The notes under the pieces: model-generated
Seen by the model: only the letters and a program-made list of their open reading frames with translations
Databases searched by the model: none
What the model was told of the DNA's origin: nothing
Shown here: positions 21,795 to 34,830 of the stretch, in pieces
How the letters are laid out: each line of letters starts with the position of its first letter
Numbering within the stretch: position 1 is the first letter of the stretch
From: Chiloscyllium plagiosum
Lineage: Eukaryota
Direction of reading: 5' to 3'
DNA: 48,649 bases
Assembly (NCBI RefSeq): GCF_004010195.1
Contig: NC_057719.1
Span: 47,988,130-48,036,778 of the forward strand
Program-made: the position numbers and the translations under genes

Positions 21795-21818
21795 AGACAG
21801 ACAGACAGACAGACAGAC
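21795..21818. repeat. (GACA)n microsatellite
   Basis: GACAGACAGACAGACAGACAGAC. Confidence 0.9.
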
Positions 21819-22479
21819 TGACTGGCCGGCCCCCTGATTGGGATAGTAATCTCTGCCTGGTTAGAGGTTAGGCCTGGTTCTGACCCTCCGACCGGGCCGC
21901 GGAGGGAGTGGTTGTGACTGAAAAATGCGGCCAGAACTGGGCACTGACCAGGCTACAGCTCGGTGCTTCAATGGGAATGAGTTTGGATTGACTTTACGGG
22001 CCTGGAGGATTTTGGTTGTGTGAGGATTGACTATGGTATTTGCGGGCAGAGGCAGAGGTGAGGGTTGTTCCTCCTGGATGGTGGCTGATGTTTTTGGGGC
22101 GTCCGAGGAGTTTCCCCACCTCCCCAAAAAGTGACTGCATTTTTCTTCTGGTTCATGTGAGATCGAGTTCCTTTCCCTTTCGTCCACCACCCTGTAATAT
22201 TGCTTGGCTTTGTTGCGTGTTTGCCTATGTTCTCCGTCCTACGTTTCACTACATACAATCTCTCAATACATTTTGACAGATCAAGAGAGCTACGCAGTTC
22301 CTTTCTTTGGAAATCCTGTTATATGCTGTTACAGTATGTAATAAATTATTACATTAAATCGAAATGGCTAGAACTGTTTAATTTTCTGCATGTTCGTTGC
22401 AGCATTCTGTTTAACTAAAAATCACTTAAGGCAACGTTGTCCATTGAATGTCCTTTTTAAAAGAAGCTACATAGGAATG

Positions 22480-22700
22480 ATAACATCTCTAAGTTCTTTC
22501 CAAGCAACTCAGCACCCTGACTTGGAAATAAATTGCTGTTCTTTCAGTCTCTGGGTCAAAATCCTGGAACACACTCTCTCTTTAATGGCATTGTGGGTCA
22601 TTTTGCACCAAATAGATTGCAAATTTTCACGAAGGCAGTGCCTCCCACTTTCTTGGGAGGATAGTAAATGCTGGCTCAGCTGGTGACATTCACATCTCAA
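22480..22700 (+). mobile_element. Zenon-like LINE 3' end
   Basis: CCTGACTTGGAAATA..TCTCTGGGTCAAAATCCTGGAAC shared with 25500-25780. Confidence 0.65.
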
Positions 22701-22829
22701 ATCTAAAACACCCAACTCAAGTGGAAGTTGTTTTTGTGATCTTAGTTTTGGAAACTGCTTGCTTAAATGTTGCATTGTAAACAAATTCAGTCTTGACTTT
22801 GAAGTACATATGTTGACAACCCAATGATA

Positions 22830-23120
22830 GGCAGATAGGAGGTTGAAGGGTGGCATTACAGTGGTTTATGCAATTTATGAGGGATGTAGATAAAGTGAAT
22901 AGTTAAAGTTTTTTTTTGTTGGATGGGGGATTTGAAAGTAGGGGGCATATTTTTAAAATGAAAGGAGAGAATTAAACGGGACCTGAGGGACAACTTTTTC
23001 ACCTAGTACATGGTTTATATATGCAATGAACTGCCACAAAGTGATAAGTGCAGGTACAGTTACAACGTTTATAAGACATTTGGACAGGTGTGTGAACAGG
23101 AAAGGCCTAAAGGGATATGA
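22830..23120 (+). mobile_element. HER1/CR1 3' fragment
   Basis: NELP..AGTVTTFIRHLDRCVNRKGLKGY. Confidence 0.75.
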
Positions 23121-24945
23121 ACCTGCACTCCAAGGTCTTTGTTCAGCAATGCTTCCTGGGACCTTACCATTAAGTGTAAAAGTCTTGCTAAGATTTGCTT
23201 TCCTAAAATGCAGTACCTCTCATTTATCTAAATTAAACTCCATCTGTCACTTTTCAGCCCATTGGCCCCTCTGATCAAGATCCTGTTGTAATCTGAAGTA
23301 ACTTTCTTCGCTGTCTGCTACACCACCTCCAATTTTGGTGTCATCTGCAAACTTGCCTCTTCTGCTCGCATCCAAATCGTTTATATAAATGATGAAAAGT
23401 AGTGGACACAGCACCGATCCTTGTGGCACTCCACTGTTCACAGGCCTCCAGTTTGAAAAACAACCCTCCGCCACCACTCAGTTTTCTACCTTTGAGACAG
23501 TTCTGTATCCAAATGGCTAGTTCTCCCTGTATTCCATGAGCTGTAACCTTGCTAACCAGTTTCTTGTGGGGAACCTTGTCAAATGCCTTACTGAAGTCCA
23601 TATAGATCACATCTACTGCTCTGCCCTCATCAATCCTCTTTGTTACTACTTCAAAAAACTCAATCAAGTTTGTGAGACATGATTTCCCACACACAGCCAT
23701 GTTGACTATCCCTAATCAGTCCTTGCCTTTCCAAATACATGTACATCCTGTCCCTCAGGATTCCCTCCAACAACTTGCCCACCACCAATGTCAGGCTCAC
23801 TGTTCTATTGTTCCCTGGCTTGTCCTTACTGCCCTTCTTAAACAGGGGCACCATGTTAGCCAACCTCTAATCTTCCAGCACCTCACCTGTGACAATTTAT
23901 GATACAAATATCTCAGCAAGAGGCCCAGCGATCACTTCCCTAGCTTTTTTTAAAAAATTCCCTACAGTGCGGAAACAGGCCCTTCGGCCCAATCAGTCCA
24001 CACCGACCCTCCTAAGAGGAACCCACCCAGACCCATTTCCCTCTGACTAATGCACCTAGCACTATGGGCAATTTAGCATAACCAATTCACCTGACCTGTA
24101 GGTCTTTGGACTGTGGGAGGAAACCCACACAGACATGGGGAGAATGTGCAAACTCTACACACAGTCGCCCAAGGCTGGTATTGAACCTAGGACCCTAGTG
24201 CTGTGAGGCAACAGTGCTAACCACTGAGCTACCATGCCGCCCCGCTTCCCACAGAGTTCTCGGGTACGCCTGATCAGGTCCTGTGGATTAAAGTGGAGTC
24301 ACAGCTAGAAAGGATAGTGAAGAAAGTGTTTCCTATGCTTTCCTTAATTGGTCAGAGTGTTAAGTACAGGAGTTGGGAGGTCATGTTGCGGCTGTACAGG
24401 ACATTGGTTAGGCCACTGTTGGAATATTGTGTGCAGTTCTGGTCTCCTTCCTGTCGCAAAGATGTTGTGAAACTTGAAAGGGTTCAGAAAAGATTTACAA
24501 GGATGTTGCCAGGATTGGAGGATTTGAGCTATAGGGAGAGCTGGACAGGCTGGGGCTGTTTTCCCTGAAGCGCGGAGGCTGAGGGGTGACCTTTATAGAG
24601 GTTTACAAAATCATGTGGAGCATGGATAGGGTAAATAGATAAGGTCTTTTCCCTGAGGAGGGGGAGTCCAGAACTATAGGGCTTAGGTTTAGGGTGAGAG
24701 GGGAAAGATCTAAAAGAGACCCAAGAGGCAACTTTTTCATGCAGAGGGTGGTACGTGTATGGAATGAGCTGCCAGAGGAAGTGGTGGAGGCTGGTACAAT
24801 TGCTACATTTAAGAGGCATTTGGATGGATATATTAATAGGAAATTTGGAGGGACATGGGCTGAGTGCTAGCAAATGGGACTAGATTGAGTTGGGATATCT
24901 GGTTGACATGGGCAAGTTGGACCAAAGGGTCTGTTTCCATACTGT
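23121..24945. mobile_element. HER1/CR1 insertion with 5' inversion (minus RT core 23121-~24288; plus 3' part ~24290-24945)
   Basis: Minus piece spans PDQ..GKSCLTNLIEFF..YMDFSKAFDKVPH..GVPQGSVL..FADDTK..DLGVQV; plus piece resumes at KVESQ and runs to the 3' tail. Confidence 0.85.
23947..24243 (-). mobile_element. HE1-type SINE nested in the LINE
   Basis: Full SINE body; host sequence CCCTAGCTT|CCCACAGAG is split with GCTT duplicated. Confidence 0.9.
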
Positions 24946-24999
24946 TTGATTTTATAAGTAAAACTAGCCATTTTCTTCACATTTTTAATGCAGCGATTT

Positions 25000-25780
25000 T
25001 GGGTTTGATTGCAACAATTATCATTGGTGCCCATCAAAACTAGGCAATGACCATCTCCAATAAGTGACAGTCTAACCACTACCTGTTGATACTCCATAAT
25101 GATACCATTACTGAATCTCCACAATCTATGTCCTTAAGGTTATCAGTGACCAGAAATGCAGTTGGACACTCCATACAAATACAGTGGCTATAAGAGGAAG
25201 TTAGGGACTAGTAATACTACAGTGAGTAATTCACCTCCTGCCTCCCTCAGCCTGTCTACCAACTACAAGGCACAGTTAGGATTGTGTTGAAATACACCCC
25301 ACTTGACTGGAAATGTGTAGCTCTAGTAACAATGAAGAAGCTTGACACCATGTAGGATAAAGCAAACTGCTTGATTGGCACTATGTTTACAAGCATTCAC
25401 TTCTTCCACAATTGACCCTCAGTAGAATCTACAAGATGCATTGTACAAATTCAGCAAAGATGCTTAGACAGCACTTTCCAAACTCATGACCATTTTCATC
25501 AAGAAGGACAACAGCAACAGATAACATGGGAGACCATCATTGCAAGTTCCCCTTCAAGCCACTCCCCATCCTGACTTGGGAAATATATTGCTGTTCCTTC
25601 ACTGTCTCTGGGTCAGAATTCTGGGATTTCTTTCATAAAGACTTTGTGGATCAACTTGCAGTACATGAACTGCAGTGATTCTAGAAGGCAGTTCACCCCA
25701 CATTTTCAAGGGCCAGTAGTGATGGGCAGTAATTGCTGGCCAACCAGTGACATTGATGTCCCATGAATGAATTAAAAAAA
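25000..25780 (+). mobile_element. Zenon-like CR1-group LINE 3' portion
   Basis: YKAQ..MKKLDTM*DKA..LIG..IHF motifs; tail ATGAATGAATTAAAAAAA. Confidence 0.75.
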
Positions 25781-25853
25781 AAATGAAGTGGTAATGCAGA
25801 GGGGTGCAGTGTGGAGTGTAGTAAGATGTTGAAAATGTTCAAGAGACTGTAGT

Positions 25854-26055
25854 TAAAAATCACACCACATCAAGTTATAGTCCAACAGGTTTATCTGGAA
25901 GCATTAGGTGTCTGTGTGCTGCTTCTTCATCAGGTAGCTGTCACTCTGAAAGCTAGTGTTTACAAATAAACCTGTTGGACTATAACCTGGTGTGGTATAA
26001 TTTAAAAAAAAAAAACGTTTTGTCCACCCCAGTCCAACACACTCTCCTCCATATT
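25854..26055. mobile_element. Inverted PLE-derived short element (third family) with degenerate hammerhead
   Basis: Arms GTTATAGTCCAACAGGTTTAT / ATAAACCTGTTGGACTATAAC; CTGATGAAG on minus and GAAAGCTA on plus; perfect 13-bp TSD AAGAGACTGTAGT at 25841-25853 and 26056-26068. Confidence 0.75.
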
Positions 26056-26289
26056 AAGAGACTGTAGTCCGTTTTACATAGTATCCGTCAGACTTTTAGT
26101 TTGGTTCTGTGGATGGGGAAGAAACTAGATTGGAAGATCTTGAATGCTGGTTGGTTACAATCAGTTGCTGTTTGGTACTATGGAAGTAACATCTGAACTC
26201 AAATGTTTTAAGAAACATACTGAAGGCAGGATAATTGGGAGAGTAGTGAGATCAAAGGTTCATTGTGATTACATTTGGAATGTCTGTAT

Positions 26290-26840
26290 AACTTCCTAAG
26301 AAATAGGAATAAGGGTAGGCTGCTCCTCTCCTTGGGCCTACCTTGTTATTCAGTAGTGTCATGGCTGATCCAACACTTCTCATGTCCACTTTACTGCCCT
26401 TTTTCCCTATAACTCTTGATTCCCTTACTGATAAAGAATCTCTCCCTGTATTAAATAAATACAAGGACTCTGCTCCCATAACTTTGTGATAAGACATTGA
26501 ACTTTCTGAGAAAGGAAGTTTCTCCTCATCTTAGTCTTAAATTATTGCCCCTTAAATTTGAGGTGATGCTCTATAGTCCTGGACTCTGCCATGAGGGCAA
26601 CCATCCTGTCAGCATTTACCTTGTCAAGCCCTTAAGAAACCTATTTGTGTAAATGAGATCACCTCACATTCTTCTCAGCTCGATGACACAGCTTAGCGTT
26701 TTGATCATAAGACAGTACCTTCATACTGGGGGTCATTACAGTGGACCTGCTCTGAATTTGCCTCCAATGAAATAATATCTTTTCTTAAATTAGAGCATCA
26801 GACTGTCACAGTACTCTGTGGTCTCACCAGCACGTTGTAT
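26290..26840 (-). mobile_element. Old CR1 3' fragment
   Basis: Reverse complement resembles the 19100-19680 CR1 end. Confidence 0.7.
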
Positions 26841-27195
26841 AGTCAGGATGTAAATAATGGTGTACATCTTCTGCTATTAACTTGGAGGAAATTGTTACCT
26901 CCATAATTAGATGGCTTTGGTGTAAAGAAGTCATTGTGTAGTTAGATGTTGCCACATTTTGTGTTCAAATTAAATCTGGGCCTGATATCGCTGAGGAACA
27001 GAAGGTGACCAAGGACAGGGAAACTTTGGGATTTTGGGTTTGGTTGTGTGGGAGAAGAATTAAAGGATTCTTAAAAAAAAAAGTTATTGTTCTTTATTGT
27101 AGCCGACACCAAGAAAGTTAGCATTGCTTGCACATTCTTAATTATTTTGATGCATAGCATCTATCTTGGGATTGGCTTGATAGGATGAGAACATA

Positions 27196-27305
27196 AAAGT
27201 CGCGAGTGAGGTTCTGGAAAAGCACAGCTGGTCAGGCAGCATCCAAGGAACAGGCCAATTGACATTTTGAACTTCAGGTCTTCATCAGGAGCCCTCATTT
27301 TCTCC
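27196..27305 (-). mobile_element. Short PLE terminal fragment
   Basis: CTGGAAAAGCACAGCTGGTCAGGCAGCATCC..TTCATCAGG; 15-bp TSD-like TAGGATGAG(AA/CG)CATA at 27181 and 27306. Confidence 0.7.
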
Positions 27306-28009
27306 TAGGATGAGCGCATAGCTTCTTTCCTGCAGCATTTTTATAAACTGGTTTAGCTTTTACTACAGTCTGGCAACTTTTGTGGTCAGGTGTCCAAGTA
27401 AAATGACCACATTTATTGCATTCCTTTTCAGAACTTGACACAATGGGATTTGAACACTATGCTTTATGGGTAAGAAGGAATGAAATAACTTTCAGTTTAT
27501 CCTGTAATAATTTGTTTATAAACATTGGCAAATGAATTAAATTGTGGAAGAAGTGTCTCTATTTTCAAAAAATAGTTTTGTTTTGAAGCGTTAATATGTA
27601 TTACTTGATGCAAAATCCTGTATTAATCATTTAAAGTTTAGACTATTCTAATTTCTTTTGTAATAAAGATGTACTGATGCAAAGGCAAATGTACGATTTC
27701 AATCCTCTTCTGATTTTTTTTTTTGCTTTTTTTTTTGCCCGAGTTGAAGTTTGAAACCTAATAAAGGTTCACAAGGGAAGAAGGAGGAATGGACAAGTAC
27801 ACAAGTTTCTGGCTTTATATTACTGGGATAAGGAATAGGTGTAAAGTTCAGCATGCGGTGAATCGTAGTGCAGCAGACAGCTGCATGTGACTGCAAAGCA
27901 ATCCAAAGAATGTGTTCAAATCCCACCTTGCCAGTTCTAGAGTTTGAATTTACTCCAAAGTTCTTCAATTTTTCAGAAAGAAACTTGTTCCGAAATTTCC
28001 TTTTAAGGA

Positions 28010-28340
28010 AGGCACGGTGGCTCAGTGGTTAGCCCTGTTGTCTCTGTGCCAGGGACATGGATTTAATTCCAGAGTTGGGCGACTGTGAGGAGTTTGCACA
28101 TTCTCCTGTGCCTGCGTTTCCTCCGGGTACTCCAGTTTCCTCCCACAATCCGAAGATGTGCAGGTTAAGTGAATTGGCCATGCTAAATTGCCATAGCGTT
28201 CAGGGGTATGTAGATTAGGTGCATTAGTCAGGGGAAATTTAGAGTAATTTGCAATGCCTGTGGGTGGGTTACTTTTCAGAAGATTGGTATGGACTTGTTG
28301 GGCCGAATGGCCTGTTTCCATACTGGAGGGATTCTATGAT
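28010..28340 (+). mobile_element. HE1-type SINE
   Basis: GGCACGGTGGCTCAGTGGTTAGC A-box start; tail GGGATTCTATGAT. Confidence 0.9.
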
Positions 28341-28669
28341 CTGTTGTAAGCCGTTTGGTAGTCTATTATGAGTAGAATTCCTGGTTGACTTCAGTCACAA
28401 ATGCTTTAGCCCAAGAAAGTAGCTGAGTGATCTGATCCCAAGCTGATTAGGGATAGGCATTGAATGTCAGTGCCACATGATGTTTTCAGAGATACATCTT
28501 TGATTTTATACCTGCCTCTAATTCAATAGAGAACCTGGTTTTCTTTGAATCCTTGATACAATGACCTCCCAAAAGTAGCACTCCAATTCAAACTTCTTTT
28601 CTCTCTCAATACTGGTCTTCAGTATAAATCATAAATTTTTTGCTATTGTAATTGAATGTAGATCCAGTT

Positions 28670-29010
28670 TCATAGAATCCCTACAGTGTGGAAACAGGCC
28701 CTTCGGCCCCACAAGTCCACACTGACCCTCCGAAGAGTAACCCAACCAGAACCATTTCCCCATACCCCATATTTACCCCTGAATAATGCATTTAACCTAC
28801 ACATTCATGAACACTATGGGCAATTTACTCCAGCCAATTCACCTAATGTGCACATCATGACTGTGGGAGGAAACCGGAGCACCCGGAGGAAACCCATGCA
28901 GACAAGGGGAGAATGTGCAAACTCCACATAGACAGTCACCCAAGGGTGGAATTGAACCTAAGTCCCTGGCACTGTGAAGCAGCAGTGTGCACCACTGACC
29001 CACCGTGCTG
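28670..29010 (-). mobile_element. HE1-type SINE
   Basis: Full-length reverse-orientation copy. Confidence 0.9.
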
Positions 29011-29079
29011 TTGTTTCTTTCAATAAATTGAGGATTTCCATCTCTACTTGAAATACCAGAGCCCATCAATCTCTGGGTG

Positions 29080-31130
29080 AAAAAGAGTTCTCTTTAATCC
29101 CCTTTACTACTTCATCAATTGCCTGCACATCTGTGCCCCTGAAGGGCTCTTGTGGTTCATTCTTGTGTTTCTGGCCCAGCTTTAAGTTTCTTTTGCTCAG
29201 GGGTTATTCATAATGTATCTGAACAGGTTGATTTTCAAAAATAATTAAATCTGTAGTAACTGACTTCTCCATAATGATAAACACTTCTTCCCTGTCCAAT
29301 CCGTTCAAGCCCTTCATTATTTTGTATAGCTTGATTTAACCTACCCCACAACCTCCTGCATTCCAAGGAAAACCATTCTAGCCTATCCAATCTTTTGTCA
29401 TGGTTGCAATTTTCAAGTCCTGGTAACATTGTTGTAAATCTCTTCTATGCTATTGCTACAATTATGTCCTTCCAGCAATGTGGTGGCTAAAACTGTACAC
29501 AAATTCAATTGTGGCCTAATCGGTGTTTATTTTCTCGTCTCAGTTTTACATCCCTGTTTTTGTGTTGTGACTTGTCTAATGAAGGATGGCCTCCTGTATG
29601 TTTTATTGACCTGTCGATATGAGCTCAAGTTTCTTAATTTCTCTACCCAACCCCCTCTATATTTTCATATGCTTTGTGTTCTGTTGATTGTGTTTGTCCT
29701 TTCCAAATTTGTAACCTTGCACTTCTCTGGATTGAATTAAGTTCACCAAGTTTCTGCCCGATTCAGCAAACCTTTGATACAATGCCGCAGTCGACAGCTA
29801 TCCTTTCACTATTCACTACCCAGTGTATTTTTGTCATCTGTTAATTTTCCAATCACAACTAAGTCTAAATCATTGATATGTTACAAATAGTCATTGAAAC
29901 ACCTCTGAAAACTGTTACTTTTGTATCTTGTGATTGAATTTTAAAAATTTTAATCCAATATGCCACATTTCATTTCGTGGACTTGAATTTTTCGGACCGG
30001 TCTGCTATATGGCACCTTATCAAATGCCTTATTAAAATCCGTATAGACAGCATCCACCCTCCTGAGTACTCCTCATAAAATCAGTTGAGTTAGTAGGTAT
30101 TACATCACTGGGTAAACCCCTCTGCTAATTTAAACCCGATACACAAGCTCACCTCGCACCATAATCTGTTAAAATTTGAGAGACAAAAGACTATCCCAGA
30201 GGTCTCTATTTAAAATAAAAATTAACAACATTTTATTTTTTTGTCTAATAGAGAATATTAAACCCAACAAATATTTACAACTCCTTTTTCTCTTAAACCC
30301 ATCTTTTACCTCCTGATACTGGTCTGATTTTAAAAGAAAAATCCTGATTTAAGATTTACAAAAAAAGGAATCACTTGTCAAAACCAAGTCAGCTTTGTCA
30401 ATTCTCCATTGTAGATTTTCCTCCTGTTGATTTTTCTCTAGGCTGGTTTCGATGTTCTGCTGTGCGAACTTCTTATAGGCAGGTACCTTTCAGGGAGCTC
30501 TTATGCTCGTAGTCTATATTTTGACAGTTTTTTTCAAACTATTCAAAATGTCTGGTGTTATACCCCAAAACATCAGTTCATTTCATTGGTTTTAATATTA
30601 TCAGAGTACGAAATTCAAAGTTGATTGGATTTTGGTATCTTGGGGCATTATTCCAACTGCCGAATTAGAATATGTTTGTTTCATGCAGCTCAGCTGCAGC
30701 TATATTGTTTCGACAAAATGTTACATTTTTACTTGGAACAGGACTCTCCGTCCTTTTGTCACTCCTTTTTTCAGTCCTTGCTAGCTTTTCAACTCTATTA
30801 AAGGTACAGTACACACCTACACTGTCATAACAGCAAGACACAACACTGCGTAACAAAACTATATGAACTGTCCCTCATTTGTCTTTCTAAATAGCATTAG
30901 ATCCATTTTCAATATTAATCCTACTGAGGTCAGAGTCACTGATCTATGTTTCTCTCTTTTTGCATAATTGTACAATTGCATTCAATCAATTTTCTGATAC
31001 TTCCCTGGTCCCTAGTGAGGATTAGAAAATTATCTTCCCAGAATCTGTTATTTCTTCCCTGGTTTCCTTTGAATAGCATAGAATGCAATTCATTCTGGCC
31101 TTGGTGATTTAACTGCTATCAATCAGTTCT
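29080..31130 (-). mobile_element. Old, diverged CR1 LINE interrupted by a solo LTR
   Basis: MLPGLEN..RLDRLEWFSLECRRL; DFNKAFDKVPY at ~30008-30040. Confidence 0.7.
30098..30832. mobile_element. Probable solo LTR (~735 bp)
   Basis: TATTACA (TG-like) ... TGTCATAACA termini interrupting otherwise contiguous CR1 RT sequence; TSD degenerate. Confidence 0.55.
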
Positions 31131-31234
31131 CCTCCATTATTCTCTCTCTCATTGTACAATTTTACAGAAAATTAACATTCTTTAAACTAGATTGTTTGCA
31201 TTATCCTTCTCTGAATTCAGTCTTCAGGGTTGAT

Positions 31235-31750
31235 GCAGAGCACTGCTGCCTCAGTGCCAGGGATGTGGGTTTGATTCCACCTTTGGGCGATTCTGGCTGT
31301 GTAGAGTTTGAACTCTGTCTGCATGGGTTTCCTCTGGGTGCTCAGTGTTCCTGCCCAAGTCGAAGAATATCTAAGTTAGGTGGATTGGCCAGATCAAATT
31401 GTGCGTAGTATCCAGGGTTGTGCAAGCTAGATGGATTAGCCATACAAAGTGGGTGGCATGGTGGCACAGTGGTTAGCACTGCTGCCTCAGCGCCAGAGAC
31501 CCAGGTTTAATTCCTGTCTCAGGCAGCTATTTGTGTGGAGTTTGCACATTCTCTGTGTCAGCGTGGGTTTCCTCCGGGTGCTCTGGTTTCCTCCCACAGT
31601 CCAAAACTGTGCAGGTTAGGTGAATTGGTCATGCTAAATTGCCCATAGTGTAAGATGTAGGGGAATGGGTCTGGGTGGGTTGCTCTTTGGAGGGTCGGTG
31701 TGGACTTGTTGGGCCGAAGGGCCTGTTTCCACACTTTAAGTAATCTAATC
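31235..31750 (+). mobile_element. Two tandem HE1-type SINEs (partial ~31235-31445; full ~31455-31750)
   Basis: Both carry AGCACTGCTGCCTCAG and the SINE body; the second ends TAATCTAATCT. Confidence 0.85.
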
Positions 31751-31839
31751 TTAAAAAAAAAAGTTATGGAGATAGGACAGGGGAGCAAATATAGTAGGAT
31801 GCTCTTTGGAGTGCCAATATCAACTCGATGGGCCAAATC

Positions 31840-33820
31840 CAGCATGGAAACAGACCCTTTGGCCCAACCTGGCCATGCCAACCAGATATCCTAACTTAAA
31901 CTAGTCCCATTTGCCAGCAGTTGGCCCATATCCCTCTCAACCCTTCCTATTCAGATGACTTTTATATGTTATAATTGTGCCAGCCTCCTCCACTTCCTCT
32001 GGCAGCTCATTCCATACATGTACCACCCTTTGCGTGGAAAAAGTTGCCCCTTGTAAACCTTGCTCCTCTCACCTTAAATCTATGCCCTCTAGTTCATGAC
32101 CTCCCTACTCCAGGGAAAAGACCTTTGTCTTTTTACCCTATCCATGTCCCTCATGATTTTATAAACCTCCTATAAGATCACCCTCCGCCTCTGATGCTCC
32201 AGGAAAAACACCCTATTCAGCCTCTCCCTATTGCTGAAACCCTCCAACCCTCTGAACAGCCTTGTAAATTTCTTCTGAACCCTTTCAAGTTTCACAACAT
32301 TCTTCATATGGAGGGAGGCCAGAATTGCGTGCACTATTCTAAAGGTGGCCTAACCAATATCCTATACAGCTGCAATATTGCCTCAACTCATATATAGTCA
32401 ATGCTCTGACCAATAAAGGCCGGCGTACTAAATGCCGCCTTCACTATCCTATCTACCTGTGACTCTACTTTCAAGGAGCTATGACCCTGCAGTCTATGGT
32501 CTTTGTTCAGCAACACTCCCTAGGACCTTACCATTAAGTGAATAAGTCCTGCTCTGGTTTGCTTTTTCCAAAGTGCAGCACCTCACATTTATCTGAATTA
32601 AACTCTATCTGCCACATCTCAGCCAATTGGCTCATGTGATCAAGATCTTGTTGTAATCTGAGGTAACCTTCTTCACTGTCCACAACACCTACAATTTTGG
32701 TGTCATCTGCAAACTTACTGACTATACCTCCTATGTTCACATCCAAATCATTGATATCAATGACAAAAAGCAGTGGGTTCAGCATGGATCCTTGTGGCAC
32801 ACCACTGAGCACAGGCCTCCAGTCACCAGTTCTGTATTTAAATGGCTAGTTCTCCCTGTATTCCATGTGATCTAACCTTGCTAACCAGTCTCCCATGGGG
32901 AACCTTGTTGAATGCTTTACTGAAGTCCATATGGTTCATGTCCACCACACTGCCCTTATCAATCCTCTTTGTTACTTCAAAAATTTCAATCAAGTTAGTG
33001 AGACACTATTTTCCACACACAAAGCCATGTTGACTATCCCTAATCAGTCCTTGTCTATCCAAATATATGTAAATCCTGTCCCTCTAACAACTTGCTCACC
33101 ACCCATGTCCGACTCGCTGGTCTCCAGTTCCTTGGCTTTTCCTTAGCGCCTTTCTTAGATAATGGCACCACGTTAGCCAACCTCCAGTCTTCCAGCACCT
33201 CACCTGTGACTATTGATGGTCCAAATATTTCTGCAAAGGGCCCAGCAATCACTTCCTTAGCTTCCCACAGAGTTCTAGACTACACTTGATCAGATCCTGG
33301 GGACTTGGTCATCTTTTTATGCATTTTAAAACATTCAGCACCACTTAAAACATTCTTCTCACAAACTTTGAATTCAGTACCACCTCCGAAATATGGTACT
33401 TCAAGATGGCTCCATCTATTTCCCCATATTCGATATCTTCCATGTGCTTCTCCACAGTAAGCACTGAAGTTTAGTATCTCCCCTATCTCTTGTAGCTCCA
33501 CACAAAGGCTGCCTAGCTGATCTTTGTGGGGCCCTATTCTCTCCCTAGTTACCCTTTTGTCCTTCATTTATTTGTAAAAACCCTTTGGGTTGTTCTTAAC
33601 TCTTCGCCAAAGCTATCTCATGTCCCCTTTGTGCCCTGCTGATTTTCCTCTTAAGTATACTCCTCCTGCCTTTACTCTTCTAAGGATTCATTTGATCTAT
33701 CCTGTCTCTACCTGACACTTGCTTCCTCCCTTTTTTTTTCTTCACCAAAACCTCAATTTCTCTAGTCATCCAGCATTTCCTACACTACCAGCCTTGACCT
33801 TCACCCTAACAGGAACATAC
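31840..33820 (-). mobile_element. HER1/CR1 LINE, ~2 kb 3' portion of ORF2
   Basis: KDKRVTRERIGP..KSPGSDQV..EDWRLANVVPL..GVPQGSML..KFADDTK..WQIEFNSDKCEVLHFG. Confidence 0.9.
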
Positions 33821-34504
33821 TACTGATAAAACATTTCAATTTTTCCTTAATTCTACCAGCCAAATCTTCTTTTTTGTCTCCTTGCTTTACTTTCCTAATA
33901 TCATCATCGACTTCAACACTGTATATTCTATACTCTTGCCAGCTTCCAAAATTACTCTTAAGAATTAATCTTGTTTTAAGTAATGAGGTTGTCATGGACT
34001 ATATTTAGCTCACCAAGTATGCTTCTGTATAACAGGAAGCTCTGGGTTTAGTAGTACCACCCTTTTATTTTTCCATTGTGGCGATGTCTATGTTGCCTGT
34101 AGAATTTTGCTTTTAAATGCCTCCCACTGAACATCCACTAACCTTGTTTCAAGTAGTTGGCTCCAGGCCACTTTTAGCAGATCATCTCTCAGCTTTGTAA
34201 AGTTTGTCAGTTCTCCTAAATGTATGTTTTGTGCCTGTTTTATCCTTGTTCATTTGCATAATGATACAAAATTGAGCTGCTATGGTCACCCAATGGTACT
34301 TTATCCACAGTTTCATTTCCTGAGATGAAATTTAGAATGGCTTTCTGGCTCGACTGATAGAAAAATTGTTGGCACCTCCCTGTGATTGAATAATTGTCCA
34401 GGACCTGTTTTTGGGCAGATACTTAAGATAACTAGAAACAATATTCAACGTACTAATAGCATCTCTGTCCTCACCCCCCAAGCTTTACGGATAATTGGAT
34501 TTAT

Positions 34505-34830
34505 ATCAGTGGCCAGCACTGCTACCTCACAGCGCCAGGGACATGGATTCGATTCCAGCTTCGGGTGACTGTGTAGACTCCACCTCCCAGTGTCTGCGTG
34601 GGCTTCCTCTGGTCTGCACTAGTTTGCTCCCACAATTCAAAGCTATGCAGATTAGGCAAATTGGTCATGCTAAATTGCCCATAGTGTTCAGGGATGTGTA
34701 GGTGAGGTGCATTAGTCAGGGGCAAATGTAACTTTTTAGATTGGGGAAATTCGTTTAGGAGGGTTGCTCTTCAGGGGCCTGGTGTGGACTTGTTGGGCCA
34801 AATGTCCTGTTTCTGCATTCTAGGGATTCA
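34505..34830 (+). mobile_element. HE1-type SINE
   Basis: SINE body with B-box GGATTCGATTCC and HER1 tail. Confidence 0.85.

Noticed and set aside
28010..28080. tRNA genes at SINE heads (also 31455, 42540, 40125)
   Set aside because: A/B boxes continue into the HE1 SINE body and LINE-derived tail; no complete cloverleaf
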